A DNA stretch of 64,000 bases from Polyangiaceae bacterium (lineage in GTDB: Bacteria > Myxococcota_A > Polyangia > Polyangiales > Polyangiaceae): assembly GCA_033763455.1 (NCBI GenBank), contig JANRKO010000074.1:1-64000 (forward strand). The letters are read 5' to 3'. This document shows, in pieces, positions 56,501 through 64,000 of this stretch; position 1 is the stretch's first letter, and each line of letters starts with the position of its first letter. The notes below the pieces were generated by a model. The model was not told the DNA's origin. It searched no databases and saw only the letters and a list, made by a program, of their open reading frames with translations. Position numbers and translations under genes: made by a program.

Positions 56501-58741
56501 GTGTTCGCTCGCGTTGCCGTTCCTGTTCCGTTGGGCCGTGCGTTTACGTACGAGGTGCCAGCAGCGCTTTTGAGCCAAGTGGTGCGTGGCGCTCGCGTGC
56601 TCTGCCCATTTGGTAAGCGCCGCATTGCGGGCGTCGTGTTGGAGTTGGTGGAGCAAGGGCCAGATATTCCAGTCGATAAGATCAAGAGCATCTTGGCGGT
56701 GGTGGATGCTGAGCCCGTGCTCGGAGATGAGCTGCTCAGCTTCTTGCTGGAGCTCAGCCGGTATTATCTGGCGCCGATTGGTGAGGTGATGCGTCTGGCT
56801 TTGCCTGCTGTGGAGCGCTCACGAGCTAACGCCCTTGAGGAGGCCGGGCTTTTGCAGAACGTCAAGCTGGGCGCGGTGGGGCGCATGGCGCAGTTTGCAC
56901 GGCTGGAAGCCGGCGCGGATATGAGCGCACTCGCTGGCCAAGCGCTTGAGATTGTGCAGGCGCTTGCGGCAGGAGAGCAAGCCGTAGCGTCGCTCGGGAA
57001 GAAGTTCAAAAGTGCCCGTAGCGTGCTCGCTAGGCTTCAGAAGATGGGTGTGGTGCAGCTTGAGCAGCGCGCAGCGCTGCAGGATCCATTTGCCGCCGTG
57101 CCCACCGAGCGGGAGCCACCCAAGGTGCTTACGGGTGAACAAGCATTGGCTGTTGCTGCCATTCAGGAGCAGCTCACACTGAAAGTGCCTGGGCAATTCT
57201 TGCTCGATGGAGTCACGGGTTCTGGAAAAACAGAAGTTTACCTGTGTGCCGTCGAACATTGCGTTGCACAGGGAGGAGGCGCATTGATCCTCGTGCCCGA
57301 GATCGCGCTGACTCCGCAGCTTGTGGGTCGTTTTCGGGCACGCCTCGGGGAGGGCGTTGCCGTGGTGCACAGTGGGCTTACCGAAGGGCAGCGCTACTCC
57401 ATGTGGAAAGCGTTGCATTCGGGCGAACTCAAGGTGGCGGTAGGTGCCCGGTCTGCGCTCTTTGCTCCCGTAAGAAATCTACAGTTACTCTGCGTTGACG
57501 AAGAACACGACGGCTCCTTCAAGCAAGAAGAGGGGGTCCGTTATCATGCACGCGACATGGCGCTTTTACGCGCTCACCGTGCCGGGGCCGTGTGTGTGCT
57601 CGGCACAGCGACGCCCTCGCTGGCTACCGAGGCTTTAGTGCGCAACGGGCGAATCACTCGACTCCGCCTTCCGACCCGTGCGCGGGAAGCCGCACGCTTG
57701 CCGAGCGTAGAGATTGTCGACCTGCGGCGTATGGGCCCGGGGCCCACGGGCGATCGCTGGCTCTCGCTCCCCATGTATCGAGCCATTGAGCGCACCTTGG
57801 CGGACAAGGGGCAAACGATCCTATTTCTTAACCGGCGCGGTTACGCACCCAGTCTTATTTGCGACGCGTGTGGGCATATTGTGGAGTGCCCCAATTGTTC
57901 AGTGTCGCTCACTGTGCATCGGGTGCGGCGCGAAGAGGTGTGTTGCCATTATTGCGACTACACGAGCGCGTTGCCAAAGGCGTGCCCCAAGTGCCACTCG
58001 AAGCATTTTTGTGAAGAAGGCGCGGGCACCGAGCGGGTGGTGGCCGTCCTCGAACAAGCCTTTCCCGCGGCCAGAATTGCGCGGCTAGACCGCGATATTG
58101 CCGCCGGCGCCAAAAGCGAAGGGGTGCTGAAGCGGGTGCGCCAAGGTGAGGTGGATATTTTGGTGGGCACGCAAATGGTCACCAAAGGCCATGATTTACC
58201 GAACGTTACCTTTGTGGGCGTTTTGAACGCAGATGCGGCCCTGGCTGTGCCCGATTTTAACGCCAGCGAGCGCAGCTTTCATCTGTTGGTCCAAGTAGCA
58301 GGCCGTGCGGGGCGTGGTGACACACCTGGCACCGTGATGATCCAAACTCGGCAGCCCGATCACCCCGCCGTGCGCCTGGCGGCGCACCACGACGTAGCCG
58401 CGTTTGCGGAAGTCGCGTTGCGGGAGCGTGAAGAGCTTGGCTATCCTCCTTATTCAAGGATTGCGTTGGTGCGTTTCGATGGTCTGAACGAACAGGCGGT
58501 GCGAAAAGAGGCGCTGCGCCTCACCGAGCTCGCACGTCGCGTGGCGTCGCCGAAGGTGGAAGTTCTGGGGCCGGCCCCGGCGCCCATTGCGCGGGTGCGC
58601 AATCGCTACCGATACCGGTTCATGTTGCGCAGCCGCGATCGCAAAGAGTTGCGCCAAACATTGCTAGCTGTTGCTCGCGCCATGAGCGATCGCATGGTGC
58701 GCGTGAGTATTGATGTCGATCCGGTGAGCCTGTTAACGTAG
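56501..58741 (+). CDS. priA: Primosomal protein N' (replication restart helicase)
   Basis: GVTGSGKTEVY, LVPEIALTPQ, DEEH, four CxxC motifs, GTQMVTKGHD and QVAGRAGR. Confidence 0.97.
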   Translation: MFARVAVPVPLGRAFTYEVPAALLSQVVRGARVLCPFGKRRIAGVVLELVEQGPDIPVDKIKSILAVVDAEPVLGDELLSFLLELSRYYLAPIGEVMRLALPAVERSRANALEEAGLLQNVKLGAVGRMAQFARLEAGADMSALAGQALEIVQALAAGEQAVASLGKKFKSARSVLARLQKMGVVQLEQRAALQDPFAAVPTEREPPKVLTGEQALAVAAIQEQLTLKVPGQFLLDGVTGSGKTEVYLCAVEHCVAQGGGALILVPEIALTPQLVGRFRARLGEGVAVVHSGLTEGQRYSMWKALHSGELKVAVGARSALFAPVRNLQLLCVDEEHDGSFKQEEGVRYHARDMALLRAHRAGAVCVLGTATPSLATEALVRNGRITRLRLPTRAREAARLPSVEIVDLRRMGPGPTGDRWLSLPMYRAIERTLADKGQTILFLNRRGYAPSLICDACGHIVECPNCSVSLTVHRVRREEVCCHYCDYTSALPKACPKCHSKHFCEEGAGTERVVAVLEQAFPAARIARLDRDIAAGAKSEGVLKRVRQGEVDILVGTQMVTKGHDLPNVTFVGVLNADAALAVPDFNASERSFHLLVQVAGRAGRGDTPGTVMIQTRQPDHPAVRLAAHHDVAAFAEVALREREELGYPPYSRIALVRFDGLNEQAVRKEALRLTELARRVASPKVEVLGPAPAPIARVRNRYRYRFMLRSRDRKELRQTLLAVARAMSDRMVRVSIDVDPVSLLT

Positions 58742-58878
58742 GGTAAATCTCAGGGTTCGGTCGGGGTGGAGAGTGGGAGGGACTCTTTGAGTTTGGTGGG
58801 GAGAGTGAGAGGGCGTGGGGGACCGCGACGCTCAGATGTCTTTCGAGCCACCTGCAGCCCTCGCAGCCCACTCGGTAG

Positions 58879-58898
58879 ATACTTAGCATGCTAAGTAT
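58879..58898. promoter_or_regulatory. Dispersed palindrome copy 3 (perfect 20 bp ATACTTAGCATGCTAAGTAT)
   Basis: Read directly. Intergenic, about 90 bp upstream of the SbcD-like gene. Confidence 0.6.
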
Positions 58899-58986
58899 TG
58901 CTCACACTGCTGGGACACCTCTCCCCGGAGCGCGCAACACCTTCTCCAACCTTGACTGCGCCGCCTTCCCGGACCATTTCTGTTCT

Positions 58987-60051
58987 ATGTTTAGCGGGGG
59001 CGATCCAGGGTTCTGCATCATTCATGCGGCTGACCTGCATTTGGGCGCCCGGCGTTTTACTCAAGGCATGCCGAAGAACTTGGGCCTCCGGGAGAAGCTC
59101 TTCCATGCCGATCGCCTGGCCTTCTCTGCGCTGCTGGATCTCTGCATTTCAGAGCGTGCCAGGTTTCTCTTGTGCTCGGGGGATGTGATAGACGGTTGGT
59201 GTCGCGATGCGAGCGCTGGGCTATTTCTCGCAACAGAGCTCTTGCGGCTGCGGGAGGTTGGGTGTGAAACGCTCATCTTGCTCGGTAATCACGACATTCG
59301 TTCGCGCGCGATGCGGTCGCTCTTGTTGCCCTGTCAAGCTTCCTTAATTGGCGTGCAGGGGCCGGAAACGCGCAACAATGAACAGCTGGGGTTTTCCGTG
59401 CACGGTTGGAGTTTGCCCAGTGTTGCGCCCGGTGACGATGTGGTGTCGCACTATCCTGAGCCGATTTCAGGGCATCTAAACGTTGGGTTGCTGCACACCA
59501 GCGCCGAGGGCTGTAGAGGCCACATCGATTACGCCCCCTGTTCGCGTCTGAGCCTGCGCCGCAAGGGATATGATTATTGGGCACTCGGCCATGTGCACAC
59601 TCGTGAGGTGGTGGCCACCAATCCGTGGATTGTGTTTCCCGGAAACCTGCAAGGGCGTGGGTTTCGTGAGCCGGGAGGCAAAGGTGCCACTCGCGTTGAA
59701 GTGCAGAACGGAAACGTTGTGTCAGCGGAGCACCGCGCCATCAGTGCCGTGCAGTTCGAAAACTTGATCGTGGATGACCCGTCCATCTCAAGCTTTGAGC
59801 ACATCGTGGAGGCGGTGCGATTAGCGGGAATGCGGGCCGCTCTGCGAGCGGGGCGTTGCCCGTTGGTGGTGCGCGTAGTGGTTTCCGGGGTGGAAAGCTC
59901 AGCAGCACTGCTCAGGGTGCCGTCGAAGCGCCGGCGCGTGGCGCTAGAATGGGCGCTCGGCGATCTCCCTCAGGAGTCGGTGTTTCTCGACGAACTCTGG
60001 ATGGAGCCGGGCAGCTTCTCTGGCCCGATTCGCCTGGATGTTGCCGCGTAG
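58987..60051 (+). CDS. SbcD/Mre11/YhaO-like metallophosphoesterase (DNA repair exonuclease)
   Basis: HAADLHLG, SGDVID, GNHD, LLHTS, YWALGHVH and FPGNLQGR. Start moved to ATG 58987. Confidence 0.88.
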   Translation: MFSGGDPGFCIIHAADLHLGARRFTQGMPKNLGLREKLFHADRLAFSALLDLCISERARFLLCSGDVIDGWCRDASAGLFLATELLRLREVGCETLILLGNHDIRSRAMRSLLLPCQASLIGVQGPETRNNEQLGFSVHGWSLPSVAPGDDVVSHYPEPISGHLNVGLLHTSAEGCRGHIDYAPCSRLSLRRKGYDYWALGHVHTREVVATNPWIVFPGNLQGRGFREPGGKGATRVEVQNGNVVSAEHRAISAVQFENLIVDDPSISSFEHIVEAVRLAGMRAALRAGRCPLVVRVVVSGVESSAALLRVPSKRRRVALEWALGDLPQESVFLDELWMEPGSFSGPIRLDVAA

Positions 60052-60091
60052 TGACGCCAGCGGGCATGCTCTTCTGGTGCGTGGTTCGGGC

Positions 60092-60625
60092 GTGAGGTGC
60101 TTGCTGGTCGGTTTGGTGTGTGGGGCGGCATGTCTGGTGGCGCCAGCGGCGGGCGCGTTCGAGAATCAATGGCAGCTCGGTTTCTCGCTTGGCCCAGCAA
60201 CGGCTCTCCACAGGTCCCTTGGTTGGGGGCCGAGTGTGGCGTTAGACGGTGTTTATGGCCTAAGTGATACCTTCGATGCTGAGGTTTTCTTGCAGGGCTT
60301 TCAGCTGCCCAATGACGGCAATCGTAGTTGGCGTGCGGGGCTTGTCGCCGCGGGTGTTGCCTACAAGTTGGACATCATTCAGTGGGTACCAAAGCTCGGC
60401 TTGCATGCTGGATACTTTGGCGCGACTACTGAAATCTCGGGAGCGCAAGATGTGCGGCTGCCACAGGCTGGAGTCCTTGTGGGGGTGGTGCCCGGGCTCG
60501 ACTATGCTTATTCGCGATCGCTTGGACTTGGGATTTCTGGGCGCTTTGAGAGCATTCTCAGCCGGCGTGTGCCGCCTTCGCTCGTCAGTGTGATCTTGAG
60601 TGCAGAGTACCGGTGGGGCTGGTGA
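60092..60625 (+). CDS. Small outer-membrane beta-barrel protein
   Basis: Signal peptide ending AAGA, amphipathic strands and terminal AEYRWGW. Start estimated. Confidence 0.7.
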   Translation: MRCLLVGLVCGAACLVAPAAGAFENQWQLGFSLGPATALHRSLGWGPSVALDGVYGLSDTFDAEVFLQGFQLPNDGNRSWRAGLVAAGVAYKLDIIQWVPKLGLHAGYFGATTEISGAQDVRLPQAGVLVGVVPGLDYAYSRSLGLGISGRFESILSRRVPPSLVSVILSAEYRWGW

Positions 60626-62913
60626 ACGCTCGGTGTTCTTCCGCCGCAGGTTTTTTGCTCTCGGGTGCTCTCGCCCTTCTGAGCTGTAGCCGCAGTTCGC
60701 GCCCGCTCGAAACGGAAGACGCTTCCACGGCGGCAGCGGCCAACATGCGCGCCCAGAGTCAGCAGCAGCTGGTTTCCAGCGCTAAAGTGAGCGCAGCGGG
60801 GGCATCTGATGATTTTAGATATCTGCCGCAGCCGAGCGCAGCATTGAGCCAAGCTATCGCCAGGGTTCGTTTGGAAGATTACGCCACTGCTGATGAGCTT
60901 CTCGGTAAGCTGGTTGGGCGGGAGCAGGCGTTGCCCGAAGTGCGCTACCTCCGAGCCAAAGTGAAAAAAGGGCTCGAACAGTGCGAACAGGTGTTGCCGC
61001 TACTGGTGGAGTTGGACGGGAAGCTTGGGGTGCTTGATGAAGATCTGCCCCGGTTTCGCGCCTACTGTGAGCTTGGTGTGGGGCCTTTTGACAAAGCGGC
61101 TCAGTACTTCTCGGCTTCTTCCGATCCTCGAGACTGGCTCTCGGCGGCCGTGGCCGAGGAACGAGCAGGTAAGCTCGAAGTGGCGCGAAAGCTGACCGAC
61201 AAAATCCTATTGAAGTTGCCGAAAGGTGCCAAAGAGCTGGAATTTCAGACGCGTGTAGTTCGGGCGCGGCTGGCCGAGGCGCAGAAGCTTTCACCTCTGG
61301 CGGCCACGGAGCTTCGGTGGTTGGCCACGATGCACCCGACACGAGCTGAAACAGCCACGGCCCCGGCTCGGCTGGCGGCGCTCTCCAAATACCCACTCAC
61401 CCCTAAGGAACGCCTCACACGCGCCAAAGCTTTTTCCCAAGCGGGTCAAGTGGAAGCCTGTGAACAGGAATTGGCGCTTGTGCCGCAAGCTTCCGCCAAA
61501 AAAGGCGAACGCCAGAGCCTCTTGGGCTGGGCAAACTACACGAGCCGTAAAGATTACCTGAAAGCAGCAGAGCTATTAAGCTCGGCGGCTCGCAAGGGGA
61601 GCCGCGATCCGGTGATGGATCTGTTCTACGCTGCGCGCGCTCTTTCGCGGGGCGATGACGATGAGCACGCATTGCGAAAGTACTCTGAGGTTGCTCAGCT
61701 GTACCCGAAAACGGTGTGGGCAGATCACTCGCGTTATCAGCGCGCACGTTTGCTGTTCATCCTTGGGCGCTGGAAGGAGTCGGAGGCCGCCTACCTTGAT
61801 TATCAAAAGCGTTTGGGCAAAGCGGCTCGGCACAAATCCGACGTTCAGCGCGAGTTGGCGGTGTTATGGCTTATTTTGGGAAAATCCAAGCTCGCGGCTC
61901 CCGCGTTTGGGAATCTAGCCAAGCAGGCAAAGGCGAGCCCCATGTACCAAGAAGGGCAGGCCGTGGCGCTGGAGCTCGGTGGCCAACGCGCCGAGGCGTC
62001 CAAGCTGTATCGAGAGATCATCGAGCGTGAGCCTTTGTCCTTGGCGGCGCAGTTGAGCCGGCTCCGTTTGTCTGCACTAGGTGAAAATGTGCCGGCCTTT
62101 CCAGCGTTAGTGCCGAAGCTGCGGCCCGCGAGACTCAAACCCAAACTTCCGCACAAAGTGCTGGCGCTCCTTGCTCTCGGGCTGGATCGCGAAGCCGAAA
62201 AAGTGCTCAAGGAACACGAGGTCGACCTTGCTCGAGAATTCCCAACGCGCAAAGCCGAGGCGTTGTGTGCTGCGTACGGTGAATTGGCGACGGCCGAGCG
62301 ACGTTTTCAGCTTGGCATGAACAACGCCAAGCCAGGTGCGTTCGATGCTTTGCCCGCACCCGAAGCCGAATGGCTATGGGAATGCGCGTACCCTCAACCT
62401 TACGCGGAACACGTACAGCAATCGAGCACAGCCCAAGTGTCGAGTGCCCTCTTGTTTGGGCTCATGCGTCAAGAAAGCGGGTTCCGCGTGCAGGTGCAGT
62501 CGGCGGCGGCGGCGCGCGGGCTGATGCAAATTATCGACCCTACCGCCCAGCGAATTGCGCAAGATTTGGGCTTAGATCCACACTCGGTGAAGCTCGACCG
62601 CCCTCACATCAACGTGAGGTTTGGGGCTCACTATTTGGATAAGTTGGTGTCAACGTTCCAGGGCTCCGTGCCGCTGGCTCTTGCCGCGTACAACGCGGGG
62701 CCTCCCGCTGTGGCGCGTTGGCTAGAAAAAGGCCACGGGCTACCGCTAGACCTGTTCATTGCCAGTATCCCTTACGAAGAGACGCGCGGATACGTAGAAC
62801 GAGTGATGAGCAACTGGCTTCATTACGCCTATCTATCGGGAGATAGCTCGGGCTTGTCTCGGGTATCCCTGAAGCTACCCCAAGCAGTGAAGCTCGGCCC
62901 GGACGCCTATTAG
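60622..62913 (+). CDS. Lytic transglycosylase (Slt70-like) lipoprotein with TPR-like repeats
   Basis: Lipobox LLSC, helical repeats, MRQESGF, ARGLMQI, AAYNAG and IPYEETRGYV. Confidence 0.92.
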   Translation: MNARCSSAAGFLLSGALALLSCSRSSRPLETEDASTAAAANMRAQSQQQLVSSAKVSAAGASDDFRYLPQPSAALSQAIARVRLEDYATADELLGKLVGREQALPEVRYLRAKVKKGLEQCEQVLPLLVELDGKLGVLDEDLPRFRAYCELGVGPFDKAAQYFSASSDPRDWLSAAVAEERAGKLEVARKLTDKILLKLPKGAKELEFQTRVVRARLAEAQKLSPLAATELRWLATMHPTRAETATAPARLAALSKYPLTPKERLTRAKAFSQAGQVEACEQELALVPQASAKKGERQSLLGWANYTSRKDYLKAAELLSSAARKGSRDPVMDLFYAARALSRGDDDEHALRKYSEVAQLYPKTVWADHSRYQRARLLFILGRWKESEAAYLDYQKRLGKAARHKSDVQRELAVLWLILGKSKLAAPAFGNLAKQAKASPMYQEGQAVALELGGQRAEASKLYREIIEREPLSLAAQLSRLRLSALGENVPAFPALVPKLRPARLKPKLPHKVLALLALGLDREAEKVLKEHEVDLAREFPTRKAEALCAAYGELATAERRFQLGMNNAKPGAFDALPAPEAEWLWECAYPQPYAEHVQQSSTAQVSSALLFGLMRQESGFRVQVQSAAAARGLMQIIDPTAQRIAQDLGLDPHSVKLDRPHINVRFGAHYLDKLVSTFQGSVPLALAAYNAGPPAVARWLEKGHGLPLDLFIASIPYEETRGYVERVMSNWLHYAYLSGDSSGLSRVSLKLPQAVKLGPDAY

Positions 62914-62915
62914 GG

Positions 62916-64000
62916 TTACGTAGAGGTTGGCTGCGAAGCTCGGAGGCTGGTTGCTCGCGGCCGCAAAAGCACACGCCGCACGCGGCGGCGTCGCACTTCG
63001 TCGACGATTGCGTCGAACGCTCCAATACGCACTTCGTCACCGGGATGCGCCGGGCGCCCGAGCATAGAGGTAATGTAGCCGGCCAAGGTATCTTCCGCCT
63101 CAGCCGACCCAGTATCTAGGCCTGCCACCATGAGCTCGTGCACGAGCACGGCTCCTTCGGCGATGATGGTACCATCATCACGCAGGTGGATGCGTGGAGC
63201 TTCCTTGTCGAGTTCGTCGGTGATTTCCCCGACCACGGCTTCTACGGCATCTTCGAGTGTTACCAGGCCTGACGTTCCGCCAAACTCATCGACCACGATC
63301 GCGATCGGAATACCTTCCCGCTGAAACTCGGACAGCACATCCCCGACCAGCGAAGACTCCGGAACGAACAACAGCTTCCTGACGCGCGAGCGCAAGTTCT
63401 CAGAGCCGCCGGCTGGAGAGACGAACAGATCCTTCACGTAAAGATACCCGGTTATCTCGTCGGCGCCACCATGTTCACTCACAGGATAACGGCTGAAGCC
63501 ATGATGGCGTGCGGCCTTGAGGCTCACCTCTGGAGGATCCGCAAGCGCGAGCGTGGTCATGTCGACGCGAGGCACCATGATGGCGCGCACCGGCAGGTCA
63601 AAACCTCCGAGGACTCGGGTGAGCGTTTCCCGCTTTCGCTGATCGAGGCCCGATTCGGCGAAAGCACTCTGCAACACGATGCGCAACTCCGCGACCGAGA
63701 GAGCGTCGTTTCCGTGCTCCGCGGGGCGTACGCCTACCGTGCGCAGCAGGAGATTAGAGACGCCATTTAGTACCCAGAGTGCTGGCGAAAAAAGCCAGTA
63801 ACACACCCCCATGGCTGCGGCAGTTTGGCGCGAAACGGCTTCTGGGAATTGGATGGCAAGGGATTTGGGGACAAGCTCACCCAAGATGATGTGAAGCACG
63901 CTAATGATCACGAAGGCGGTGGTGAGTGAAATAGCGTGACTGGCCTTTTCCGAAACCCCGAGGCCCGAGAGCAACGGCCCAAGCAGAGTGGCCACAGCCG
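62916..64000 (-). CDS. Hemolysin/CNNM-family CBS-CorC domain protein (5' end outside window)
   Basis: ILGELVPKSLA, IMVPR, FSRYPV and AIVVDEFGGTSGLVTLEDAVEAVVGEI. Confidence 0.92.
   Translation of the reverse strand, partial: AVATLLGPLLSGLGVSEKASHAISLTTAFVIISVLHIILGELVPKSLAIQFPEAVSRQTAAAMGVCYWLFSPALWVLNGVSNLLLRTVGVRPAEHGNDALSVAELRIVLQSAFAESGLDQRKRETLTRVLGGFDLPVRAIMVPRVDMTTLALADPPEVSLKAARHHGFSRYPVSEHGGADEITGYLYVKDLFVSPAGGSENLRSRVRKLLFVPESSLVGDVLSEFQREGIPIAIVVDEFGGTSGLVTLEDAVEAVVGEITDELDKEAPRIHLRDDGTIIAEGAVLVHELMVAGLDTGSAEAEDTLAGYITSMLGRPAHPGDEVRIGAFDAIVDEVRRRRVRRVLLRPRATSLRASQPTST

Noticed and set aside
58888..58986. ORF-track N-terminal extensions beginning at the palindrome ATG (also at 21675)
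   Set aside because: The ATG belongs to the palindrome, and family homology begins further downstream.

Overview
This is a GC-rich bacterial chromosome segment whose gene families point to Myxococcota, most likely Polyangiaceae/Sorangium-like. The indicators are Ser/Thr kinases, a GltJ/AgmX-like ZnR-GYF protein, a TraB-like OmpA/TSP3 protein, a DUF1592/DUF1552 pair and many lipoproteins. Housekeeping genes include cysD, cysNC, aat, gor, an M1 aminopeptidase, recD2, mpl, prmC, pmm/pgm, pilD, pheT, priA, an SbcD-like nuclease, a lytic transglycosylase and a CNNM/CBS protein. Accessory modules are an orphan RHS toxin-immunity cassette, a lectin/RCC1 lipoprotein cluster with gene relics, an ECF sigma module, a Phd-VapC TA pair, a GldAFG-DUF4340 ABC operon and an isolated fliO-fliP/sctR pair. 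The strongest unexplained signals are: (1) an intergenic palindrome CTTAGCATGCTAAG(TA) present three times exactly and once with two mismatches; (2) imperfect att-like direct repeats closely bracketing the RHS toxin-immunity cassette, whose core also carries a ~100 aa insertion; (3) an 8x21 bp tandem array; (4) a triple operator-like motif next to the TA locus. I could not recognise any rRNA, tRNA, CRISPR array or transposase/integrase gene. All calls come from reading motifs by eye, with no database searches. Several start codons were moved from the ORF track and are estimates.
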